Shown here piece by piece: positions 50,891-60,300 of a stretch of 64,000 bases of DNA. A program made the translations under genes and the position numbers. The notes under the pieces were generated by a model. That model was not told where the DNA came from. It searched no databases and worked only from the letters and a program-made list of their open reading frames with translations. Numbering within the stretch: the stretch's first letter is position 1; every line of letters begins with the position of its first letter. Source of the stretch: an uncultured Bdellovibrionales bacterium (GTDB lineage: Bacteria > Patescibacteriota > Minisyncoccia > Moranbacterales > GWC2-37-73); contig CAZAFB010000005.1 in assembly GCA_964484505.1 (NCBI GenBank), positions 7,427 to 71,426 on the forward strand, written 5' to 3'.

Positions 50891-51010
50891 ACTTCCTCCT
50901 CGCCCCGCTTCTGCGGAGCTTTTTTAATTTTGACTACCCAGCGATATTTTCAATATAAAAAATACTCAGGGTAGTCAAACTGGAAAATGAAATTTTTATC
51001 AAAGAACAAA
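50888..51010 (-). repeat. Cassette leader copy B
   Basis: Direct repeat of 50240-50355. Confidence 0.9.
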
Positions 51011-51194
51011 TTCTCTCAGAAACTTTCATCAAATAACTTCATGAAAATTTCAATTGAGAGGAGAAGAATAACCACATTCTTCTCCAAAAAACTTCAATCT
51101 GAGTTGACCTTTAGCCCGTCGAATGACTGGGCTCCGCTCTGATTAGTAAGGAGTGTTCTTTTTTAAGTCGAACACACAAACGACTTGAGAACTT

Positions 51195-51341
51195 CTATTT
51201 AACCTCCCTAATCTCGATAACTGTCCCACCAAAATAATTTTGGTAGGAATCTATAGAGCAGATTTCTTTGGGAGTACAGACGTACTGTCTGTACTCCCCC
51301 GTTAATCTTTTTTTCACAACTACTATAATTTTTTTTGCCAC
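51195..51341 (-). CDS. Small orphan protein (48 aa), cassette 1
   Basis: GGGGCGAGGAGGAAAT-GTG, same SD spacing as the other cassettes; MAKKIIVVVKKRLTGEY... Confidence 0.55.
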   Translation of the reverse strand: MAKKIIVVVKKRLTGEYRQYVCTPKEICSIDSYQNYFGGTVIEIREVK

Positions 51342-51492
51342 ATTTCCTCCTCGCCCCATCTTGCGACGGGGCTGACGTCGGTCGTCACCCATTTTTTGCA
51401 CCGCTCACAAAAACATCTTTGTTGCTTGAAAATATTTTTGCGAGCAGTACAGTTTGAGGAAAACGAAATTTGGAATTTTTAAATCAAAGAAC
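51339..51492 (-). repeat. Cassette leader copy C (diverged)
   Basis: GTTCTTTGAT at 51483-51492, long hairpin, gccccgtc-gcaa-gatggggc, GAGGAGG. Confidence 0.7.
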
Positions 51493-51494
51493 TT

Positions 51495-52280
51495 CTGTGG
51501 ACTTGTCGAGCACTTTTGAAAATAGTGCTTAATTCCCTCCACAATTCTGTATGTGACAGGTATCTGGCTTTTTGGGTTCCGATTACTCGGAAAGAGAGAG
51601 ATAACCCAAGATGCAAGACAGATGCCAACGTATCACATACAGGATTGCGGAGACAATTTTGTTTTTCGGTAAAGGTTACGATGCCTGTTTGGTTTAGCGG
51701 TTATGTTTTTCGGCATGCGAACCTAACCTTAACCTTTTGACGATACGGGCTTCATTACCTTTACCGTTTTACAATACTGGGCGCGACACTCTCTCTTCAT
51801 CGCGCCTGTTTTATATAAATTGCTTTAATTTGCTATCCTTGTGTTCGACTCCGTACTTTGTACTTAATGAGTTCACAAGGAGTGTAGTGGATACATGCTA
51901 TCTTTTGATTCATGTGTCCACCTTCACTCATTGCGAAGATGTGGAAGTATTAGCGAACCTCACCGTAGGAATGTCTCCCTCTTTAGGTTATTCCTACAAC
52001 TTGGTTACGACTTGCTCAGGTCATGGTTAGCGACCTGCCTTAATTCCAAATGAGTAATGGAATCAGATGCACATCTTTTGTAAATCGTTGCCTTGTCCAG
52101 CTTTGTGGAAAGGGGGATATGCAAGAAAGCCGCCTTCTTTTTTTGAGGAGGCGGCTTTGCTTTATTCAATGTCTGCGCCTCTCTCTTTGCGCATCCCTCT
52201 TTTCACAGAGGATATTTGATTGTTAATGGGGTGTTACGCTTTTTCGGATGTGCGCTTTCGGATACTTCATCGTAACACCG
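51495..52280 (-). ncRNA. Putative large structured non-coding RNA / leader (~780 nt)
   Basis: Follows a perfect promoter; at least nine successive stems; no credible ORF; family not recognised. Confidence 0.55.
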
Positions 52281-52281
52281 C

Positions 52282-52310
52282 ATTATACACCCAGAAACAC
52301 TTTTTGTCAA
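52282..52310 (-). promoter_or_regulatory. Consensus sigma70 promoter
   Basis: TTGACA aaaagtgtttctgggtg TATAAT (17 nt spacer). Confidence 0.85.
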
Positions 52311-52404
52311 TGGTTTTGGTGCAATATTTTGGCTAACTGTCGCTTTTTTCTTTACTATGGTGTTATTTTTGGCGTGTTTTTGAAAATATTTTGTCATTTT
52401 CGAA

Positions 52405-52433
52405 TTGACATTTTTGAAATTGTTTGCTATAAT
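52405..52433 (+). promoter_or_regulatory. Consensus sigma70 promoter of the TrmB-like gene
   Basis: TTGACA tttttgaaattgtttgc TATAAT (17 nt spacer, extended -10 TG). Confidence 0.85.
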
Positions 52434-52455
52434 GGGAGTAGAAATAACCAATAAA

Positions 52456-52545
52456 TTTGTCATCCTGAACTTGTTTCAGGATCTACGTAATAGAAAGCGC
52501 AGCGAAATAAAGCTCGGGATTCCGGATCAAGTCCGGAATGACAAA
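52456..52545. repeat. RPE/dRS3-like double-hairpin palindromic element
   Basis: tttgtcatcctgaacttgtttcaggatct ... gattccggatcaagtccggaatgacaaa. Confidence 0.75.
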
Positions 52546-52553
52546 GTAAAAAA

Positions 52554-53303
52554 ATGTATACCCAACTACTAATAAACGCCGGGCTCAGCGAAATCCAAGC
52601 CAAAACATTGGACTTTTTGATCCGGTCCGGCGAATCCAAAGCGGCCGATATCGCCAAAAACACCGCTCTCGCCCGGGGAGTGGCATATAAAGCGCTGGAT
52701 GAATTGATTTTGTTAGGCTTAATAGAAAAACAAGAAAAAGGCTCCAAAGTCGCCCGTTTTCGCGCCGAGCATCCAAGTAAAATCGAAGAATTTTTTGAGG
52801 AAAAAGAAAGGCAAAGCCACAAACAAAAACGGGAATTTATTCAATCCCTGCCTGATATCATTTCTTCCTACAATCTGGCTAGCAACAAACCCGGCGTGAA
52901 ATTTCTCGAAGGCGAAGACGGCATCCGCATTGCCCTTTTCGACACTCTCAAATCAACCACGGAAATATATACGTTTGCCGACATCAAAGCTACCAACGAA
53001 AATCTCAAAGAAATCAACGACGAATACGCCCGAAAACGTGAAAGACTTGGCATTAAGAAAAAAATCATCGTTTCTGACAGTGAAGAAAACAGAAAATTCT
53101 TTGAAGGATTCGACAATGAAATCACGCAAGTAAAATTCATCAAGAAAGAATATTATCCTTTCAAAACAGGCATGCAAATATATAACAATAAAGTTTCCTA
53201 TCAGACCTTGGAAAAGGAAAACAATATCGCGGTCATCATCGAAGACCGCAATATCTACCAAATGCACAAACTGTTTTTCGAGTATATGTGGGAGACATTA
53301 TAA
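52554..53303 (+). CDS. TrmB family transcriptional regulator
   Basis: GLSEIQAK, HTH ARGVAYKALDELI..GLIEK, PGVKFLEG.DGI, IYNNKV, FEYMWE. Confidence 0.85.
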   Translation: MYTQLLINAGLSEIQAKTLDFLIRSGESKAADIAKNTALARGVAYKALDELILLGLIEKQEKGSKVARFRAEHPSKIEEFFEEKERQSHKQKREFIQSLPDIISSYNLASNKPGVKFLEGEDGIRIALFDTLKSTTEIYTFADIKATNENLKEINDEYARKRERLGIKKKIIVSDSEENRKFFEGFDNEITQVKFIKKEYYPFKTGMQIYNNKVSYQTLEKENNIAVIIEDRNIYQMHKLFFEYMWETL

Positions 53304-53307
53304 AAAT

Positions 53308-53332
53308 TTTCCGAAGGTTTAGCCTTCGGAAA
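53308..53332. terminator. Palindrome/terminator between convergent genes
   Basis: tttccgaagg-tttag-ccttcggaaa. Confidence 0.6.
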
Positions 53333-54487
53333 TTATTTGCCACTTAGAATTTTGTTAATCACATCTTCATCTTTGCAAGAATAGGCGTTGTCCGCTGAGT
53401 AGAAGCGTTTTTTGGGGCCGTAGCAACCGCCGTTAGTCTTATCTAACACGCCGAAAAGCGGCATCAAAAAGCCCATGTTTTGGGAGGTGAATTTATTATA
53501 CAGATTTCGCAAAGTCTCGGCCCGTTTTTGCTGATCCATGCGGGCAAAGACATCCAGATCATCGCTTTTGATTCCCGTCCAATCCAAATGAAGCAACACG
53601 TTTTTTGATCTGGAGGCATAATTATCATGCCAAAGCAGCGCCCAGCAACCGCCGCGCCAAGAAAGACATGCCCCTTCTTCGACGCTCCCGTTAGAGCTCA
53701 GACCTACCCCTCCTTCGATATAATCGAAAAGCGAAAGGTATTCTTGGTCGGTGATGGCGCCGGTTTGTGCGCCAATCACGATATCAACACCCTTTTTCTT
53801 GGCATAAGAGCGCATGTCTTGAATGATTTTTTTCGCGTAATCGTTGTCTCCCCCTTCCTGCATGTAAATTTGCCCGAACATGAAACTCTGGATGCCCAGA
53901 TCAATCGCTTTGTGAGTGATGTATGCCAAATATTCACGGTAAGCCGCGCTGCCGAATGTCGGCTTGCAAGAATGCTCGCCCCAGACATTCTTCGAACCTT
54001 CGCGACACATTGTCTTGAAATCAAAATTCTCTTTTGTATATTCATTGAAATAATCAGCGTTTGTATCAAGCGCCTCCGCAATAAACATGCCATACACCAC
54101 GTCTTTCTTTTTGACATTATTCATCACATAATCAATGGCCTGAAAATCTGGCGGCGTGAGCCATGTTTCAACCGCGCGATGCAGATAATAGCAATTGGAG
54201 CGATTGACCATCTCGACGTATTTTCCCGTGTCTGGGTTATATTCTGAAAGCAGCCCGTCTGCCACACACCCTTGCTTTTTTAGACGAGCCATGGAAACTG
54301 CGGCAGGTTTTGGCCGTTCAACTTTGCCGAATTTTTCCGGTATTTTATATTTCTTTTTCGGCACTGTTGTTACGACAGGATCTGGAAATTTCAATTCATG
54401 TGCTTGCCGCAAAGCAAAAAAGCCTGCAGCAAAAGAAGCGGCAAAAATTATAGCTATTGCAAGATAAGTATTAATAGTTCTTCCCAT
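53333..54487 (-). CDS. Exported hypothetical protein, possibly TIM-barrel glycanase-like
   Basis: N-terminal TM, Cys- and aromatic-rich globular domain; function not assignable. Confidence 0.7.
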   Translation of the reverse strand: MGRTINTYLAIAIIFAASFAAGFFALRQAHELKFPDPVVTTVPKKKYKIPEKFGKVERPKPAAVSMARLKKQGCVADGLLSEYNPDTGKYVEMVNRSNCYYLHRAVETWLTPPDFQAIDYVMNNVKKKDVVYGMFIAEALDTNADYFNEYTKENFDFKTMCREGSKNVWGEHSCKPTFGSAAYREYLAYITHKAIDLGIQSFMFGQIYMQEGGDNDYAKKIIQDMRSYAKKKGVDIVIGAQTGAITDQEYLSLFDYIEGGVGLSSNGSVEEGACLSWRGGCWALLWHDNYASRSKNVLLHLDWTGIKSDDLDVFARMDQQKRAETLRNLYNKFTSQNMGFLMPLFGVLDKTNGGCYGPKKRFYSADNAYSCKDEDVINKILSGK

Positions 54488-54586
54488 AATTCACTACCAA
54501 CTTAGTACGCCCAAGGAGCTTCCATATTGCAAAGCGGGCAATCCGCCAACGCGAACGGCCCGCCGAAAAGAAATTGCGACAAAAAA

Positions 54587-55450
54587 TTACAACCGATCGC
54601 TTCCCAAAATGATCAGAACATCCCCTTCCGGAGCAGTCTCCCCATCCGGCAAGATATCTACTTCGGCGGAAATTTTTTCCGCAATTGTTTTGGCCAAATC
54701 AGCATTGTTTCCCTTGAGATCAATAATGATTGTTTTGGCATAATCTTGCTTGGCAGCCGATTCTTTGATGCCAACGGCAACACCAGGAATTTCTTTGGTC
54801 AGATATTGCTCAAAAACGAAAGTGATGCCTTTTTTGCTGGTGCCATTATACAAGGCCACAGTTTTCCCTTGCTGCTCGGAAGTAGTTTCCTCACCCGCCA
54901 CTTGCGGCTGGGCGGACTGTCCGCTGGCTGCTTCTTCTTGCGGCATAACCGCTTGTTGCTGTTGAACTTGGCTGTTTTGATCGCCCAAAGTCGCCTGCGC
55001 CACGTTGATTATTTTACCCGAAGACGGACGATAGAGGATTGCCTGTCCAGCCTTGTTGTAAATCAAAATTTTGTCCCCATTTTCCGCTTTGGCGAAAAAA
55101 GTTTGATTGCCCAATTTACTTTTGTCGGAAACAGTTGCCAAAACAGGTGCTTCACCTTGCGGCAATTCCAAAAACTGGGAAATTTTCGCCGTCAATTGAT
55201 CCAACTCACTTTGTTCTTGCGCTGGCACATTCTTGGTCAGCTTTACATTGCGATATTGGTAATAGAAATAGCCCGCTGCGGCAAGTGAACTGACAATCAC
55301 AACAATCATTGTTGTGCCAAGCACCGTGTTTTTCGAAGGTTTTTTCAGTTTAAATTTTGATTTTGCCTTGACCGATTCTTCCTGCGGCATTTCAACCGCA
55401 GTAGCCTTCCTTCCCTCATTTTCACTTTCTAATTTTTCCCAGAAACCCAT
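54587..55450 (-). CDS. Membrane protein with LytR C-terminal domain
   Basis: TM, EAPVLATVSD, VALYNGTSKKG, KTIIID, DVLIILGSD. Confidence 0.8.
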   Translation of the reverse strand: MGFWEKLESENEGRKATAVEMPQEESVKAKSKFKLKKPSKNTVLGTTMIVVIVSSLAAAGYFYYQYRNVKLTKNVPAQEQSELDQLTAKISQFLELPQGEAPVLATVSDKSKLGNQTFFAKAENGDKILIYNKAGQAILYRPSSGKIINVAQATLGDQNSQVQQQQAVMPQEEAASGQSAQPQVAGEETTSEQQGKTVALYNGTSKKGITFVFEQYLTKEIPGVAVGIKESAAKQDYAKTIIIDLKGNNADLAKTIAEKISAEVDILPDGETAPEGDVLIILGSDRL

Positions 55451-55564
55451 ATGTTTTTGTAATTTTATTTTATAAGTATATTATACAACTTACATAATAA
55501 AATCGCCAACAAAAAAACTGCCGCGCATCTGGCAGTTTTTGTTTTGGTTTTGTTTTTGTTTTGC

Positions 55565-56287
55565 TTAATTATTAATCACTTCACTATTTGAGGCTTGATT
55601 TTCATTGTTTATAGCTTCCGAATTTTCCGTAGCAGGAAAAATATCATTATAATCCTGCGCTGTAGCTGTTGAATCGTTAGCCGTTTCTGCCTGAGCTGTT
55701 TCGCTCTGCTGACTGTCCGCGGAAAACAGCATGTCACTTATTTTTCCCACCAATTTGTCGATGCCATCCAATGCGCCATCAATGCCACTTTTCGCCCAAG
55801 AAGGATATTTTGTCTCGGCAAGCCAAGTGCGCATATCCAGAATTGATTGTTGAAAAACAGCAAACGCATCGAGAAACCTAAGCTCAGCACTTTCTTTTTC
55901 CTGCGTTTTATTTTCGACTTCATTATCCAAAAAATTTTTGGATTTTATACCACCTTTTTTGACAATCGAAACCAAGTTTTGACTCTTTTCTCCACCAACA
56001 GCAACTATGTAATTACCAGTTGGAATTTCAGATTCCGAAAAATCTTTCGAAAGGAAGAATTTTCCATCCTCACAATCTGCAATTATTGTTTTCAACGAAT
56101 CTTTACTTTCCCCATTTTTAAACAGCTCAATTTTTGTTTGTTTTTCATTGCATTCTCCTTGAATATTAACCATGCTCCCCTCCTGATTAAGCGCCCAACT
56201 TGTCTGAGCCAGAGCTTCTGGCGAAACAATGCAAAAAAGTCCTAAGAATAAAGCGGCTTTTAAAATCATGGGTTTGTTTTTATTCAT
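55565..56287 (-). CDS. Secreted hypothetical protein
   Basis: Signal peptide ending ALA-Q; start approximate. Confidence 0.65.
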   Translation of the reverse strand: MNKNKPMILKAALFLGLFCIVSPEALAQTSWALNQEGSMVNIQGECNEKQTKIELFKNGESKDSLKTIIADCEDGKFFLSKDFSESEIPTGNYIVAVGGEKSQNLVSIVKKGGIKSKNFLDNEVENKTQEKESAELRFLDAFAVFQQSILDMRTWLAETKYPSWAKSGIDGALDGIDKLVGKISDMLFSADSQQSETAQAETANDSTATAQDYNDIFPATENSEAINNENQASNSEVINN

Positions 56288-56334
56288 AATGTTTGTTATC
56301 ATTTACCTGTCCTGCAATTATCTTTTTTATAATT

Positions 56335-57318
56335 ATGACAAAAAAATTATTTATTGCCTTTTTTGTAGTTGTTTTTTTTCTTGTTGGAATATATTTTTTT
56401 CGTTTTGAGCATCTGGCAAAAAAGTCTGACGGCATTTTTGTCCGATGCAATGAAAAATATACTTTTCTCAATAATAACCTTGATTGTAGCTCCATCGACC
56501 AAGATATTGACCAGTTGAGCAGTCTTCACCAAAATATCAAATTCTTCTTGGAGCAAAGTAAGAGCAACGGGGAAATTACAGAGGCTGGTGTATTTTTCAG
56601 AGACTTAAACTCTACTCGTTGGTTTGGCATCAACGAAAATGTGAATTTTTACCCTGCCAGTTTATCCAAGCTTCCCTTTTCAATGATGATGTACAAAGCT
56701 GCAGAAATTGACAAGGAAATATTGAACGAGCCAATACAAATTGATGACATCGATTTAAACCTCAATGAAGGTCAACATTATCAGCCATCGCAATTATTAA
56801 CTCCCGGAACATACTCAGTCCGCGAACTTCTTCGCAGACTTCTCGTTTTTTCCGACAACGCACCGACAAATAAACTAATGGAACTTTCCGCTCCCCTCAG
56901 CCAACCAATTTTGAATGATCTAGGAGTTTTATTTCCTCCCGATACTCAATCCGGGGAAGCAAAATGGAATATAACGCCAAAAATTTACGCCAATTTTTTC
57001 CGAATATTATACAATTCTTCTTACTTGCGCCCGGAATATTCAAACGACATCCTTGAACAACTTTCTCAAGCTAAGTTTAAGAATGGGTTGTCTGCCGGCT
57101 TGCCTGAGGAAATAGCAACAGCGCATAAATTTGGAGAAGCATCAATGATTGATGCAAAAACCGGTGGGCATATTTCCGTGCTAAGTGATTGCGGCATTAT
57201 TTATAAAAGGAACAGCCCTTACATTCTTTGCATCATGACACAGGGTGGAGATTATCAAAAACTGGAACAGGTAATTCAAAACATTTCTAAAGCAATATAT
57301 CAGTATTCCCTAGAATAA
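56335..57318 (+). CDS. Class A beta-lactamase-like serine hydrolase, paralog 2
   Basis: ASLSK, SDN, HKFG, SDCGIIY; clear paralog of 12366-13403. Confidence 0.85.
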   Translation: MTKKLFIAFFVVVFFLVGIYFFRFEHLAKKSDGIFVRCNEKYTFLNNNLDCSSIDQDIDQLSSLHQNIKFFLEQSKSNGEITEAGVFFRDLNSTRWFGINENVNFYPASLSKLPFSMMMYKAAEIDKEILNEPIQIDDIDLNLNEGQHYQPSQLLTPGTYSVRELLRRLLVFSDNAPTNKLMELSAPLSQPILNDLGVLFPPDTQSGEAKWNITPKIYANFFRILYNSSYLRPEYSNDILEQLSQAKFKNGLSAGLPEEIATAHKFGEASMIDAKTGGHISVLSDCGIIYKRNSPYILCIMTQGGDYQKLEQVIQNISKAIYQYSLE

Positions 57319-57333
57319 TGTTTTTTCTTTCTT

Positions 57334-60300
57334 TTAATAATCAGTCTCAATATATAGAGACGCTATATCCAATCCTACTACCGATGCCGCCGTATTGTTA
57401 GTTTTCCAAAATCTGCTAGCTAGCAAAGTTGTCGCAGCTGGCAATTGAGTTCCGGGGGTAGCAGCTGTAAGGGTCCCGGAAGCCTGATAGGCAGTGCCTA
57501 AACGTGTCACGCGATAATTGACAACGTTGTTAACATTGGTTGGAGCGAACAGTACCAACTCATACATATCTGCAGAAGACGTGTTGGCAGGAAAATTTGC
57601 CCCAAGATCAATAGGGGTCTGTGCGGCACTCCCCCCATAACATATCTGCCAATTATTGCTTGTAGAAAGTTGACACATACCAATGGCATTCGTCAAAGTA
57701 CTTGGTTCAACATTGGTCGGAACAGCCGTCGAAGATGTGAATCCGACAAATGCTCTTGCTGCAGAAATAGCATCTGTTGATCCGAATCGTGCAACATATG
57801 TGAATCCTCCCAAGCCAGATCCATTGCCAACAGTAAATTGTGCAGTACCGTTTCGCATGCTTGCTATATATCCTGCAGTTGTAGTCGAAACAATTCCGGC
57901 TCTTTTCATACGTGTAAAGAGATTGGTAGTTGCGACACTTCTTGAAGTTAAGGCTGTCCCCCCATTGGAAACTATCGTTTGCGCCGCCATCCCAAGCACG
58001 CCTGGGGCTGTCGTTGCATTTCCAGGCGGATTCCACCAAGCAACTTTATTCATAGCCACCATAGGTTGCACGATCGAATCTAGACCCGACGGACCTATCC
58101 ATTTTGGCATCATTCTTCCAGCTATAGATTTGGCATAAAAATCCATCGTCCCAGCCGCTGGTGCGGTAGGTTCTGTGGTAATCCCAGTCATGTTGATTGC
58201 AGCATCCGTACCGTTGAGTCCCAAGGTTTGAGTCGAACTATCGAAAGTAAGTCCCGCATTGGCACCAAATGACCCGCTACTGTTGTATTGTATTTGGGTG
58301 TTGGAACCGGCAGGAGATCCGCCTGTGACACTGCCGATACAATCAGTCCAGGATGTGTTTTGATAACAACGAAACTTATTTAGCGCAGTCGAATAATACA
58401 TAGCTCCAACAGTTCCTGTCGGTTCGGCACTGCCCGTGTCTAAGACGAGTAAGTCTGGTGTAGCGGAAGATGTTCCACCATCGCCAATCTGCACATTGCC
58501 TGTGCCTGTTCCTGCCGGTTGAATGTTAATATTTCCGGAAGCGTTAGTAATTGTTACACCTGCGCCCAAAGTAAGCGTAGTGACTCCAGAAGCAGTCAAT
58601 GCCGTGTCAGATGAATCGATAGTAGTGGTATTGCTGCCTGAATCGAAAGTTAATCCGGAGCTCGTGGAAGCAATGGTTAGAGCACCGGCCGCCGTCAAAT
58701 TGGTGCCCAATCCAGTAATGTTGTTGGAATTGAAAGCCAAGCCAGTAGAAGAAAAATTATATTCATCTGTTCCATTTACGGCTATATTTAGCGTCTTCCC
58801 GGTCAAAACATTTCCAGTCAAATCTCCGGAATTATCACGATAAAATCCCACATCCGTGCCTGTTGGAGTTCCGGTGGTTTCTTGAAACAACAAATTGGAA
58901 AGGCTACCCAAGTCATATCCTGCTGCATTGATATCACCTGTCCAAGGAGTTTGTGATCCGCCACCTGGAGCTGTCCAGTATGGCGTATTGGTCGCCGTGT
59001 TATATGCCAAAACCCAACCGTTTGTTCCTGATCCTGCAAGTTTAGTGGGAGATCCAGAGGTGCCACCGTAAATCAAATCCCCAGGAGCGGTCATCGGGTT
59101 AGCCATCAAGGTCACTGTGCCGCTTGGCAAAGTCGCGTTGGTAGTTCCAGTGGAAGTAAGAGTGACTGAATTTCCACCTGAAGTTGCCAAAGTCGATCCA
59201 CTGGCCAAAGTCAAAGTTCCGGTAGTTGAGCTTACGGTCAAGCCGTTATATGTACCTCCTGTCACCGCGCCGTTAGCGTCTATCTTAAACTGCGAAACGC
59301 TGTTTTTTTGCAAATCAACAAAATTTCCCGTGAAAGAACCTGTACTGTTGGCAAAATTCATGAGCAAACCGGTTCCGGAAAAAGCACTGGTGGCCTGATT
59401 AAAAACAGAAAGGTTCGAGCTGGTGATTGTTGTTGATTCCGCCTTGAGGGCATTTCCGGCACTCGTACCTGTTGTCTTTCCATAAACTCCCACGCCTGTG
59501 CCATATGCTGAGTTATCTCCATAAACACCATAGGTTCCTCCTTGACCATAGATGGCATTGTTCACCGCATATGCATATATTCCATGCCTGGCTCCGGCAG
59601 CTCCACTTGAGTTAGTCACATGAATTCCATAGGTAGTGTCAGTTCCCCAAGAAAGAGTGTTGTTGAGAACCATTTTGTAACCATAATTGGTATAACCTGC
59701 GACAGATTGAGTAATGGTAGGATTATGATAAATACTGCTTGTTCCATTGGAATCAGTCATTGAACCTGCAATGTCCAGAGTTGCGGAGGGAGCATTTGTG
59801 CCGATTCCAATTCTGTTGTTCAAAGCATCTATCGTCAGAGTATCACTATCAAAATTAAGCGCATTAGCAACATTAGCCAAAGTTACTGTGGAAGCTGCTG
59901 CTGAAGAAAGATTTAACGCTCCCGCCGAATTCAAAGCAAGCGTACCGGAAGTTGCCGTTGAAATCGTAAGCCCACCAGAAGTATTCGTCCAAGCAGAAGT
60001 ACCGCCGGAATTCATGGTTACTGCGCCGGTCGTGTTACCAATACTCAAGGTGGAGCCGGCATTAGTGCCGATGCTAGCGCTGCCATTGTTGTTGAGTGTT
60101 TTGGCAGTAAATGCCGCCGGCAATGCGCCAATCATTTTGCGAGGACTCATTTCAGGATCATTTCCTACGGTCACTCCCAGATAGAGAGTTTGGTTGAAAT
60201 CAATAGCAGAAAAACTGGAAACAGTACCCATCATTACCGAAAAGAGTCCGCTTTTGACATAAACACGGTTAGTAAGATCATCGCTGTTTGCCCAGGAAGA

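Noticed and set aside
50240-51492. Integron cassette array or CRISPR array
   Set aside because: No RYYYAAC/GTTRRRY attC ends and no integrase; repeats are >100 bp leaders separated by whole ORFs, with no cas genes
51495-52280. RNase P, tmRNA, rRNA fragment or self-splicing intron
   Set aside because: No GAGGAAAGUCC, no tRNA-like ends, no recognisable intron core; aagtcgtaac resembles the 16S 3' region but the flanks do not
51516-52463. Short ORFs (51516-51740, 51737-52030, 52203-52463, 52248-52454)
   Set aside because: No SD, weak starts, no protein-like features; they overlap hairpins and promoters
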